Source of the DNA: the human T2T-CHM13v2.0 reference genome, Homo sapiens
Assembly: GCF_009914755.1 (NCBI RefSeq)
Contig: NC_060941.1
Reading direction: 5' to 3' (one strand)
Length of the DNA stretch: 64,000 nucleotides
The notes beneath the pieces were generated by a model, which did not search any database, was not told the origin of the DNA, and saw nothing but the letters and a program-made list of their open reading frames with translations. Within the stretch, counting starts at the first letter, position 1, and each line of letters begins with the position of its first letter. Shown one piece after another: positions 33,532 through 51,327 of the stretch. The translations under genes and the position numbers were made by a program.

Positions 33532-34169
33532 TAAAGACAATGCTAAATTATAACTTAGTCTGACTTAAGTAGTAAAGAATTCAAAAGTAAAGTTTAACTT
33601 GCTACTATTTCTTGTCATACTGACTTTTAAAAGCATCTGACCTTATAGATTGTCTATAAAATGTGAGAAGTGTTAAATATTCCTTATTTGATATTACACA
33701 TAAACTACACTAAAATGCCTTTTAATAAATAAAGGGAACCATTTTAGATACAGGAAATTCTAATTAGATTGGCATAGTTAAGGCCAAAAATATAAAGTAG
33801 ATATTGCTGCCTTATCTTCAGCCTTTGCCTTTAAGAGGCAAATAAATACAAAATACAGGTGAGTCTTGCTTGGTTCTGAGACAGTGAAGGGATTTCCTCA
33901 GTATTTAAATAGAGTCACATGGCCAGTTATGTAAACCCAAATATAAAACCAATCTCCAATAGGCTTTAAGATGGCATTTACGATCTTTGTGAAAGTTGAA
34001 CATTACTAGCGAAGTCCAGTCACATCTTTAGAACGGGAAAGCAGTGTAGCGTTACTGAATCAGAATTATTAAAATTCAGAAAACCGAACATAGTCCTTTA
34101 ACCACAAGCCAGCCTTAGTTAAATCAGGATTGCCCAACCAAACTATTCTGATGATGGTTCATGATCTGA

Positions 34170-34484
<315 letters not shown>

Positions 34485-34619
34485 ATGAGATCTGTTAAAT
34501 TATGATATGCATTAAAAAGTCATGACATTTCTGTTTTGTAATAAGACAGTGACCAATTATTACTCATTAGAAGGTTTTTTGAGATAAACTTTCAAGTCTG
34601 CCCTTGCCGTCTTCTTTCT

Positions 34620-34912
34620 TTTTTTTTTTTTTTTTGAGATGGAGTTTCGCTCTTGTTGCCCAGGCTGAAGTGCAGTGGCGCGATCTTGGCTCACTGCACC
34701 CTCTGCCTCCAGGTTCAAGTGATTCTCCTGCATCAGCCTCCCAAGTAGCTGGGACTACAGGCGTGCACCACCACGCCCGACTAATTTTGTATTTTTGGTA
34801 GAGACAGGGTTTCTCCATGCTGCTCAGTCTGGTCTTGAACTCCTGACCTCAAGCAATCCACCTGCCTTGGCCTCCCAAAGTGCTGGGATTACAGGCCTGA
34901 GCCACCACACCC
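34620..34912 (-). mobile_element. Alu inside CYCS pseudogene CDS
   Basis: Antisense Alu separating ...VFTG from KK...RADL. Confidence 0.88.
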
Positions 34913-35474
34913 CGCCAGTGAAGACCATTTTTGTTCCAGGGATTCTCCAAATACCCCATCAGTGTGTCCTCACTCCAGGTGATGCTTTTGTTCTTATTGG
35001 CATCTATGTATAAGAGAATCCAGCAGCCTGACCTGTCGTCTGCCCGGAGAGACGGTGGAGATGTGGCCCAGTCTTGTGCTTGCTTCCCTTTTCCATGGTG
35101 TGGCACTGGGCGGCACCCTTTGGAACAAAAATCTTGCCTTTCTCAACATCATCCATGTTTAATTCTCTTTTGTCTCTGGCACTACGAAGGTTTCCATTCA
35201 GAAGCCAGGTGTCCTGCTCTCTCTTTATTCTAACTTTTTATTTAAATGCAGTATGTATACAGAAAAGTGCAAGGATCATAGTCATTCATAGATCCGTTCA
35301 TAGAGTTGAAGCATTTGATGTTTAGGGAATTATTTATGCCTTTGCTCTACTTTGCGGAAACGAAAATGAAATACTATAAAGATTATTCAAACTGATAATG
35401 CTGATTTTCTCTAGAGTAGTAAGGGAGATGTTTCTGGTACCACCTCATTTTTAATAGTATAATAGTGCAGCTCA

Positions 35475-36045
<571 letters not shown>

Positions 36046-36096
36046 TTCCCTTCACAACTTTTAACATTGCTTAGAAATGTCTTTTTCTCTTAATAG

Positions 36097-36300
<204 letters not shown>

Positions 36301-36964
36301 TGAAACTGTGTTTCCATCGTTGTCTTGATGTGTGGTTGAAGATATCTTCCAAGGCCTCCTTCCCTGGAGTTGAGTGGGGCCCCCTTGAGTGCATCGTTTC
36401 TCCTCACTCTGAGAATTTGGCACCTTTCCCAAGTTGAACAGACTGATACGTGTCACCACGGGCACACTCCCGTCCCGCCCCGGGCAGCCAGGAAGGGCCT
36501 GGGACTGCTCTTTCCTCATGGACACACGTCATCCTTGGGCAAATGACTTCACTTGCTCGGTGCAGTACAGTTTGTTTTGACCTATTAAAAAGACAGCAGT
36601 GCCTCTGGCAGAGTATTTTCAGTAGTGCAGTGTTAATAAAGGGACTTTTCAATGACTTAAACCCTATGATAGCTTAAAACGGTTCAGCCCGGTTTTCTAC
36701 ATCACAGCCCTGAGCACTTCAGTTCTGCTTTGGGAGTAAGTAAGGCCTGGATGAAGGGGGGCGATGCACCTGAAATGAAGAGTGGTTTAAATGAGAACCT
36801 TAAAACACAGTTCCCCCAAATGCCTTCCATACCCTGCCTTGCAGGAAGACCTGCACTGTCAAAAATACACTCTTTCCTGAGCCAAAGTTTGAGAGCCGGG
36901 CAGGATGGAATTGGAAACGTCGGCGAGAGGGAAGCACCGTAGAACTGGTTCTTTTACCCTCTGA

Positions 36965-37342
<378 letters not shown>

Positions 37343-37816
37343 TGAGCCATTGCGCCCGGCCTCAACAAATGTGTCTTATTAAACGTTGGGAGAAACTTTC
37401 TGTAAATAGGCCTTTCCGTAAGATTTTGGAGCACATAAAAATGTTTTGCTTTAAGTAGACCAGGTCTAGAGCTAGACTCTCCTGGGAGATGAAGTTCACT
37501 AGGTGACAAATACAAGATAAATGTTACCCTCTAACCCTCTGCCCCATGCTGGGACGACACTGCTGGTCTTCTGGTAACCACCGAAGACAAGTCTTGGTTC
37601 CTTTTCAGGAGCACAATCGTCTGTATTCCTCCTGCTGCGCCTTCTGGGACTGTGCGGCAGGAGGCTAGGCAGTGCTGACTCTAGGGATACACTATGGCCA
37701 CCAAGCTCTTTTTCCCCTTTGTGTAGATGGCCCATGATGATAGGGCAGTATGATAGGAGTTAGGCTCCTCTCAGGCGGCACCCATTAGACCTCCAGGCTA
37801 TAAAGAAGTAGAGTCA

Positions 37817-38565
<749 letters not shown>

Positions 38566-39073
38566 CAGAGTAGAGCCAACACAGGCTGCTTGGTGGGGTT
38601 TTAAGGATTTTTAGAATGTTCTCATTTGTCTTGGTCCTTAGAGTGGGAATTGAGGGAAGCTGGCTTTTAAAAAGCTTTCATTCAGTTTTTAGTAATCTAT
38701 GACATGAAAAAAAATGATTTTCTAAGAAAGAAAATTTTAAAAGTACTCTGTAGTCATAGAAAAAGTGTCTGGATAGTTTGATGTTCCCTTGCCGTTGAAA
38801 ATCAGAGCTCTTGGGCAGCCCCAGTTGTTCAAAGTGAGCCCAGCTTATGGGCAGTTGTTCAGACTGAGCCCAGCACTTATGCAGCTCGAGCTGAGTGAGT
38901 CCCAGCCGGATTCCCCTCATCCCGGCACAGCCTTCTATTTCCAGGACCCTGCACAGCTACCCTGTCAGTTGGTTTTTATTTTTCTCGCTTACAGCTTTTT
39001 GGGGTAAATATTGGACACACACCCCCTATCACACAAATCAGTTGCCACTTCTAAGAATCAGAAAGACTTTTAA

Positions 39074-39331
<258 letters not shown>

Positions 39332-39849
39332 TAGGATTGGGGTGTTAACCAGCCTGTTAGAACAAACATGAATTGCTTATGTAGTTAGGACTGAAAATAT
39401 ATTAATATCGTCTTAAAATTTCAAAAGGAGACACAGAAGTTATAAAAGTGTTTCTCACAGTGGAAGCGTCAGTGAGGCAGTCAGGGTCTCCCCCGAGATG
39501 CCTGTGTAGCAGCAGTTTGAGTCTTTTCATTCACTCCCATGTGGAATTGCCCTCTCTTGGGACGCCACTCACAGCAGACCTCTTGATAGCATTCTTTCCA
39601 CTGGCCCTTCGTTAACGCGAGCTCTTGGCGTCTTTCTCCAGACCCTCCTGAATGCCTGCTGACCCATCATCTCGCTGACTCCAGCCAGGCCCCGCTCCAC
39701 TGCTGCCGCCATTGGCAGCTGTGCTTCCCCCTCCCAGAGAAGAAGATGGTCCTTCAATTTGAAAACAAACAGAAACTTAAAAGACGTATTTATAGCCCCA
39801 TTATCCTGAAATACGCATTTTTGGCTTTATTTTTTATTATGTTTTTTGA

Positions 39850-40319
<470 letters not shown>

Positions 40320-40889
40320 TGAGCCTGGCTCACTGTTGGCATTCCCTTGTGTATTGTGTTAGTCTGCCCCCACCGCTATGTGTGTTTATATATCCCCACA
40401 TGCACACGTTCACACATAAAGATAGGGATGGACTTTATCTACAGGGGAGGGGTTTATTAACCTAAAGCAAAGGATCGCTTGAGCCATGCCTTACATCTGT
40501 TCTCAGGCTGCCTTTTCTCTTGGCGGGCACATGTGGTATCAGAGTGTTCTCACACTCACAGACATTCATCTCCTGTTCCCATGCACTTGTTCTGAAGACA
40601 GAGCCCCAGAGCCAGGCCCCTGCTCATCTGGGGATACCTCTGTGCTTCACTTTGGATAGCCGTTACCTTTGCCACACATGACAGTGTTTATTCTCTTTCA
40701 AAAGTAGAATTTATTTGTTGGTGGTGATGTGTTTAGCGCATGTGAATGTGTAAGAAAATCTCCATAGGTGACTTTTTTGATTTACATGCTTATCTGTAAT
40801 ACGCTGTTAGTGTCCCTCTTCCATAGCTGGACGCGGTAGTTTTAGCCTTAAACTAATCATGGTAAATTTTCATGCCCTTTTGTATGTAG

Positions 40890-40960
40890 GTTCTCTCCAT
40901 AAATGAAGAAGGGCTAAGGCGATGCGAAGAGAATACAAAAGTCTTTGGTCGGCCTATCAG
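40890..40960 (+). CDS. SEC14L1: SEC14L1 exon (VLSINE...GRPI)
   Basis: tag| ... |gtagat, 71 nt, phase 0/2. Confidence 0.95.
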
Positions 40961-41798
40961 GTAGATGTGGGATTTTGTTTTTCCTTTCAACTTACTGAGA
41001 AAACGAATTAAATATTTCTAGTTGATTTTTGGAATTAAAATCTACTTATTATTTTCCAAGGTGCTCTAAAAGGTAGACAAGAAGTGAACATGTAATATGC
41101 CAGTGACGAGGGACAGACAGTTAGTGTTTTTTGACCCCAGGCATTGCTGTGACGTCAGCCAGAGTGGGTTGGCCTGTCTGCTTAGTCTGTGCGGGCCGCA
41201 GGAGCCCAGGGCTGCAGATCGTTTGCTTGTTTTTGCCTCCCCTCCCCACCCAGATGACTCTGTGTTCTTAAACCAAGCTCTAAGTTACAGTAAAGAGTTC
41301 TGAAAATGTTTAGTGATTCAGAGGTTGACATTGATAAGGGTGTAGATGGTTCACTGGGATGTAAGTTCCATGAGAACAGGGTTTTTGAGGGCCTTTTGCT
41401 GACTGCTGTATTCTCAGCTCCTGGGACAGTGCTTGCCTCTCTCTCTGTTGAAGCATAGCCCACTGCAGTTCAGACGCAATATGTGTTAAAATACCAGCTG
41501 TGTGCCCTGTTGATGGCAGGTTGGGGGGTGGTTTAGCACGTCGAGGACAGCACACTGTGGCTTTGCTTGCCGGCTCACTGAGCATATCTGAGAGAGCTTT
41601 TCGTGCATTATCAGTCAGCCTTAATTGCAGTTTCAGGCCTTGGTCCTACCACACTGATCCTGTGTGTTTTGTACAAGTAGATATAAACAGGGTTCATAGC
41701 ACTATACATAGCACTATAATTTAAAAAAATTGATTATGATGTATTTGGAAATAGCTATAAATGACCAAAAAGGAAGAAAATAAGACACAGTTTGCTAA

Positions 41799-42020
<222 letters not shown>

Positions 42021-42209
42021 TGAGATGCTTTTTGCAGTAACTGTGAGCCATTTGGAAAGCAGATAACATGCATTCATATACACGTGTCTGTGACCTAAAG
42101 TCTTAACTTCTTAGGAAAAAAAACAATAACATGCAAAGATATAAAATTTCTCAAATTGTTTAAGAAAGGGGAAAAACAAAATGTGAGTGTCCTAATGCCA
42201 TGCAAATAG

Positions 42210-42623
<414 letters not shown>

Positions 42624-42987
42624 TAGGGTTAAGCTAAAGAGAACCATTGAAGTAATTGTTGATACTGTACATTTCTTCATTGTTAAATACGAATGAGAAT
42701 TCGTAGAATCAAATACGATTGCAGCTTGCTTTGATTCACACGGCTTTGTGTGAATCAGATCTTTAAACAATTTTAGAGGAGCTGTCATATTTTCTAAAAT
42801 ACTGTTAAAAAATTGAATCAGTTCTCAAAATTTCCCACCCGCCCCTCCCCGTCCTTTTTTTTATGGAGACAGGGTCCGGCTCTGTCACCCAGGCTGGAGT
42901 GCAGTGGTGCGATCACAGCTCAGCAGCCTGACTTGGTGGGCTCAGGTGATCCTCCCACCTCAGCCACCCAAGTAGCTGGGACTGTAG

Positions 42988-43369
<382 letters not shown>

Positions 43370-44865
43370 TAACATTTTTAAAGTAAAAAAACGAAGGGAA
43401 GTGGTTCTCAACATACGTTTGGGGTTTTTAATATACTGAGTTGCTGGGTAATGAAGCAGAGGCCTCCACTTCTATATCCTGTACTCAGAGAAGCTCAGAA
43501 CCTTGGGGTCCTTATAGGCTTCTAGCCCATGGTGCACAGTTGTGTCTTGGGAGCATTACGGAAGCCAGAGCCTCTAGAAGTCCCAGTGACTTGTTCCATG
43601 GCACACGGCGGTGGCTGAACTCAGCAGGGAGTGAAGCTCCTTTTCAGAAGGGCTCTCTAGTCATCCTTCATATGAAAAGTTACCCGTTTGGAATGTGTAC
43701 CCACTGGGTTTGACTCAGGTATTTAGCTAATGAATTGGACATTCAGGGGACTTTGGACTTTCTGAATGGTTAGAGAAATTTAGAAAACAAATGAATTTAG
43801 CTTTCACTTCATCAGTTCCACTTTAAGGAAATTACAGGCATCATCACAGTACAATGCAAAGAGCAAGTAAGTTACAGTAAAGGTTATAGGACCAGAATTT
43901 AGCAAGCGCCTATGAGGTTAAACCGCAGGCTCAGGTTCGTAGAAACCTCTGAACTCCTTTCATGATATGAGCTAGCCATCCCGTGTTGTTGCTGCTTCCA
44001 ATTATGACACGAAGAATTGAGCTGGAGCCCAAGGAGACCTGCCTCACCGCGTTGTGCCTGTTTGTCACATGCCGACCTCCGTAGTGTGTTTGCGGTGCTG
44101 AGCGTCTTTGTGGTTAATTGAACTGTCCAAAAACTTGGGCCTTCTAAGGCTTCTTCACCTCTCTCCTGAGCTGCTGTTGAGGCTGATTGTTGAAAGGAGG
44201 TTGTTCCCTCCTGCTCTCTGGTGGCCGGAGGTTACTAACCAGCGGGCAGTCTGGTATTTTTCCACCACGACATCACTGCTTTGACACTTATGCTGTACTG
44301 CAGGCTGAAGACTGAAATGTTTATTTTCTATGTAGTTGCTTCCCAAGGCTAATAGAACGAGGACTTCGATTTTATGAACTTTAGTGTGGAGTCATTGTGT
44401 CAAGGTCAATTAGGAGATTTATGTTATGTACAAGTTCTAATTCAACTTGTTTCAGGCAAATTCAAAAGAAGTTCTTCATTAGTTTTTGGCTGGTGTTATA
44501 GACCAGTCATTTGACTTTAGACAGAAAACATTATTCATTGATTCTGTATCTTCACTATAATTCCCTATCATAAAAATAATGCCTGTGGCTATTGAGAGCA
44601 AAACTCTTTTCTTAAAGTAATACTTTTCCTTTACAGGGCAATATAAATACCCCTAATGCTTATATGAGTCAGCTTTAGTAACTGGGTGCAGTGCCTCACG
44701 CATTTTAGTAGGAATTCTGTGGTACATCAGCTTCAACTTGTTCCCGTTTATGCAGAGTAAAACACATGTATTTAAGTGGTTTTTAAAAACATATTGCTCA
44801 GTAGTGCAGAGTGTTTTACGACCCTGCCAGTGTTTTCCATTTTCTCAGCAACCTCCAGAAGTTGA

Positions 44866-45222
<357 letters not shown>

Positions 45223-45477
45223 TGACACTCGATATTTAGTTTCAGTAAATGTCAACGTCGAAGAATGGGTCTCTCTCAGAATAGAAACTAGCTGTGCTTG
45301 ATCAGAGTGCCTGGAAAGGAAATTGGATCTCTTGACCTCCATTTTACTAAAGCCACCAAACACAGAGATAGGAATAGCTAATCTTTCCTTGTTGGAGCAC
45401 TTAACTCCTGAATTTAGTTTATTTCATGGTTATATTGAACAAGTTTCATGTGCTACTTTTTCTTTTTTTTTTTCTAG

Positions 45478-45693
<216 letters not shown>

Positions 45694-47563
45694 TGATCCA
45701 CCTGCCTTGGTCTCCCAAAGTGCTGGGATTACAGGTGTGAGCCACTGTACCTGGCCCGTTTGCTACTTTTTCTTGGCTGGGTTTTGGTTATTTATAGATA
45801 TCTTGGGGATTTTCCGATTTCTGTAAGTCTAATGGAGCAAGGAGGGTGTTCCTGTATTCCTTTTTTGCTGTCACTTTTGGTAGAGAAGCAAGGGCGTTCC
45901 GTGTTCCTGTGCATGCCATATGTCTGTCCTGTAGCATCACGAGTGACCTGAAGCAGGAGGGGCCTGCAGCGGAATCTCCCTTCTCAGCTAGGACAAGGTT
46001 CGTGGCCCAGAGTTGTTGGAGAGGATGGTGGCACTCTGTGCAGAGCAGGTGTCAGTGAGGATGTGGTGCTGGCTTGGGCAATGGTGCTGGCCGGGAGCTG
46101 ACTGCGGCCTGCTTCCTGCCGTGGTGGCACCTGGGTCAGCCATCTGCCAGTGGCTTCTGCTGGGGTGTCTTCCTGAGTGGCTCACCTGGTGCTTGCAGGG
46201 CAGGTGGATAAGGGAATGCTGTTGCCATGGTTTGAACAAGCAGAGACAGATTTGGTGTGCCTTACTTGTAGATACATACATAGAGGAATCTCAGATTTCA
46301 TAACGTCTTGAGGATTGTCTGTATTCATTTCTTACCGGGAGGGCAGGCTCCAGGGACCGAGTCCTTGTTCCTTGTTTGTTAGGCACTATCGCTCTTGTCC
46401 ATGTTTCAAGAACTTGGGGTGCAGTGTGTTTCGTGTGAATCGGGGGCATCTGTAGACATCCACATGGTAAAAACCTCCGTTCTGCTTTGGGTATTAAATA
46501 AAGCACAGATCCGAGATGGCAACAAACTGAAAGGAAGGCTGAAGCGGAGGCCCCCACTGTGAATGCAGGAAAGAGGTTCCGTCAGCACAGGGGGCCGAGG
46601 CCTCAGGATGGAGCTGCCTGGGGAGCCACTTTGCTGAAGAGGGGGCCGTGCCACGTGGTGCCGCCTGCTGTTCTTAGACAGGACCCTTGTACCTCACTGA
46701 ATCTGCTGTGGAAGGACATTCTGAAGTGGCGTTTCAGTGGTGAGGTGGCAGTGGTGGGATTGAAGGGGCCCGGCTCGTAGAGCAGCCACGCGCTGAAGGG
46801 CACAGCAGACAGCGTGCATGGGCTGAGAGGGGCCGTGGGCCTGGCTCTGCTGCTTCCTTAGGTGGAGTTTTCAGTGACTGCAGAACTCTGCACAGCTGCT
46901 TTTCATTCTCACGTCCGCCCCCGCCCAATCTTTGAAACTAACTTTGATTATTCCCTCCTGGGTAGCTCTGTCGGTGCTGTGTAAGTTTGGTTTTCAATTG
47001 GTTCTCAGCACCCAGGGGGTGACCACCTCAACCCCATCTCTACTATGCCAGGGGCTCATCCCGCTCACCCAGCCTCGCCACTGTTCTCTCGTGTGAGCCT
47101 CACACGGCAGGCCCGGTTCCATGCCCCTGCTTCCCCCTTGCTGGGAACGCTGTCCTCAGGCTCCCCTGCCTGCTCTTTCTTTAGCTTTCACCTTCTCCAG
47201 GGCCTTCTGTTCTGTCCAGCCCAGGGCAGTCCTCTGAACCACTCATGTACGAGCTCACAGTGTTTGGTGTTTCTAAGACCTGGCCTCTTAGAGTGTGTGT
47301 GAAGATGGTGTATGGGAGATCTTGGACCTCTAGGTGCAGGTCACAAAGAACACAGAGCTTGGTGCATGACATGTAGCAGGATCCAGCGGTTGAATGGATG
47401 GTGGTGTGTGACTCTGGGGAAAGAGATCCGTCCATACGCATTCAGCGTTTCCCTCCCCAGCTTCAGCACCTGCACCCTGGATCCCCTGGAGAGCACGGTG
47501 CGCTCGCAGCATGCCGGCCTGGTGCTCGTGGATCGTGGCTGCCTAACGCTGCCTCTTTTTCAG

Positions 47564-47815
47564 ATTCTCATTCAGATTGTGGATGCCTCGTCAGTCATCA
47601 CTTGGGATTTCGACGTGTGCAAAGGGGACATTGTGTTTAACATCTATCACTCCAAGAGGTCGCCACAACCACCCAAAAAGGACTCCCTGGGAGCCCACAG
47701 CATCACCTCTCCGGGTGGGAACAATGTGCAGCTCATAGACAAAGTCTGGCAGCTGGGCCGCGACTACAGCATGGTGGAGTCGCCTCTGATCTGCAAAGAA
47801 GGAGAAAGCGTGCAG
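47564..47815 (+). CDS. SEC14L1: SEC14L1 exon (ILIQIV...ESVQ), GOLD domain
   Basis: cag| ... |gtaaaa, 252 nt. Confidence 0.97.
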
Positions 47816-48927
47816 GTAAAATCACACACAGGTCAAATCGCGCATCCGTGACTCCACACGGCCAGGTGATTCTGTCTTGAGTAGACTCTTTGCTTCGCTC
47901 CTTGAGCAGCCCTGTGTAGCTTTTGAGGCCCTGCTTGTGGAGGAGCAGCTTGCCTGGAGGAGCAGGAAGCCAAGTGGGTCTCGTAGGAAGGAGTTCAGGC
48001 CTCGCAGTGGTTTTGGACAGAATCTGCGACTTTTCCCAAAAGCAGCCTGTGACAGGAAGGGAAGGCATCGCACGCACGGGCCCAGCTGGGCTTCATAGGA
48101 TTTTTCCCCCCTGCCTCATTTCACCGGGTTGTATTTGTCTTTTTCAAAGGAAAATCACCCTAAATAGAAATAAGAGGGACAAGTACTTAGAGAACTATTA
48201 GCTCTCATTACCAAACCTTCTAATTTGTTTCAAATGCTTTCAGTTCCCTTTTCACATTGTGGCTGGTTATTTTGGGTGCCTGTGCTCACAGTAGCCTCGG
48301 GGCGGGGGCATTGCTTCTGGCCTTCATAATAGATGCATCGTTTTGCTGCCTTTACAGTTTTCAGGGGTAAGGCTTGTCAGTGTTTCAGTGGTCTTAGAGG
48401 CAGAGTAAAAGAATCCTTTGTCCATTTTAAAAACAATGAACAGCTAAGCTGTGTTAACCAGTCATGAATTTCGGAGAGAATGGAGAAGGAGCTTTCCACG
48501 GATTGACGGCTCACTTTAGGGTGACGTGCCTTCAGCCCCGAACATGCTGGATGATTGGCAGCATGTCAGAGAAAGTGAGGCCAGGTCCAGGGAAGCTGTG
48601 CTGAGCCCTCCCTCCAGCATGGGTGCCACCAGCCTGCCAGGCTCCTGCCTCCGTAGGTGGGGTGGGCTGGGCAGGCCTCGTGAGGGCCACGGACATGGAG
48701 CTTGTCCCTCCGGGCTTCCCAGCACCCGGGAGTGACCACACTCAGTAGAGGGAAGGACATTGTCAAACCTGCTGCTGAAGCAAAATAGCAGGTTCTGAAT
48801 CCCATTGAGATAGTTTCCGTAGCTACATGAAATCCTAAAGACAGTCCCCTTGGCGCTTGTCAGGCCTGTGGTAGGCCAGGGGTCGGAAGCGAGTCGCCCT
48901 CAGCTGCCACTGCCCTACTTGTTCTAG

Positions 48928-49428
<501 letters not shown>

Positions 49429-49531
49429 TGAGCAGAGAACAGGGTGGGCCACGAAGTCCAGCAGGCAGTGTGGGCCGGCGGGTGGTTGGCAGGGTGGTCC
49501 TCACGCCTCGCCCCTCCCTGTGCCATTACAG

Positions 49532-49637
49532 AGGTTCCATGACGAGCCTGGAGTCCAGCCACAGCGGCTTCTCCCAGCTGAGTGCCGCCACCACCTCCTC
49601 CAGCCAGTCCCACTCCAGCTCCATGATCTCCAGGTAG
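49532..49637 (+). CDS. SEC14L1: SEC14L1 last coding exon (GSMTSL...SMISR*)
   Basis: cag| acceptor, TAG at 49635-49637; the 14 exons sum to 2085 nt, consistent with a 715-aa protein given 21 upstream codons. Confidence 0.97.
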
Positions 49638-51327
49638 TGCCGCGCTGCCTGCACCTAGTGTGCAGAGGGGACGGCCGCCCCTCCTCGGACAGCCAGCTGC
49701 ACCCGCCCACCCAGCGGCGACATTGTACAGACTCCTCTCACCTCTAGATAGCAAATAGCTCTCAGATGGTAAACGTAGTCGTTTGATCCCAAAACTACCT
49801 TGGCAGGTAGTTTTAACTCTGATCCTAACTTAACTCAATAGCCATAGATTTTGTATACGTTGTGCACAAAATCCAACCAGAGCGCAAGGGCTCTCTTGAA
49901 AGAAAAGTAGTTTCTGTACCAATTAAAGGATTGACGTGGTCTCAGATATTGATGCAAAAAATTTTTCCAACGAACTCCGCATTGTCCATTAGTGAATGAA
50001 TTCCTGTGACATCCTCCAGAGATGGCCCCTCCTCACCTGGGACGGAAGCTGCCAGCTCGCTTCCCCCAAGCTGCCTCATGGCCCGCACGCCGCCTCACGG
50101 CCCCCATGCTTCCCGCCAGTCAAGATGGTCTGTGGACTTAGGGCCAGCCCTTGAGGTCCTTATCCTCTGAGGATTCAGAGGTTGCCTGCGGAGTACCTTG
50201 TCCCAGGGCCAGACACACCCACACCACCCACTGTCCTGCAGTGGGGCCGGGGGCTCAGGAGGGGCTCTCAGGGACTCCTGGTGACTCCAGGAAAATGCTG
50301 CCATCGTTAAACATTACTTTCTCTTTCCTCCTTTTCAAATCTTTTTGATACTTTTTAGAGCAGGATTTTTCTGTATGTGAACTTGGGTGGGGGGGTTCTT
50401 CCCGTTTCCTTCCGTGCGTCGCCCCTCTCACCTGCAGTCAGCTCCCAGCCCAGTGTAGGCCATCTCCTCTGTGCCCTCTGGTGGCTCATTGTCCTCAGAG
50501 CCCAGACAGTTCCAGCCACTAGGAGGCCGTCTTGGAACCAGCAAGTCGCATTTGCCACTTGACACTGTCCATGGGGTTTTATTAGTAGCTAAGCAGCAGC
50601 TCTCGCATCCACTTCAGGGTGGCGTGTGGCATGTAGGAGTCCTGCTTCTTTGTACATGGGAATTGTGGACTCATGCGTGTGTGTGTGTGCATGTGCTGTG
50701 TGTGTGCATGTGTGCATGACGGTGGGGGTGCTGGGGGGACGGGGTGAGTGGAAACTTAGTTTGAGTAATGAAGGAATCTTCACAGAAGCAAATCAGAATA
50801 TGGGATTTGTTTGCCTTTTACATTTTGTTTAATTCCTGATTTTAAAGCCTGCTCTATCTGGTACAGGCCCTTATTTTTTCAGCTTTTTATGGGAAAAGCA
50901 GGTTATTTGAGAATCTGTCCAGAAGTTGCATAGGGGATGGCCTCCACGATAAGGACATGCAACACGTGTTTCTGTGTGCAGCAGAGGCCGTGTTTTTCAT
51001 GCCAAACCCCACGCGGCTGTCAACTGTGTGCGTGGTAGGCATGGAGATCCTGGTTGTGCCGTCTCAGCTCCGCTCTGAAGGCACTGTGTGGGTGCTGCGT
51101 GACTGGAGAGCTGTGTGGAGGCCATGTGTGCCCCGTGCAAGGATCAGGAGGGCGGGGGAGGGACCGAGCAGCCCTCTTGCCCGGTCGGGTCAGCCCTAGT
51201 GGCTGCCTGCACACTGTAGACGTCCCAGGGCCTGTGCTGTGATCACCTGCCTTTGGACCACATTTGTGTTTGCTCTTAGAGATCGAGCTCCTCAGTGGTA
51301 CCTGAAGCCTTTGCTTCCGGAAAGCGC

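Noticed and set aside
49849-49871. Second 3' UTR hairpin TTTTGTATAC-GTT-GTGCACAAAA
   Set aside because: AU-rich with a mismatch and a wobble; too weak without conservation data
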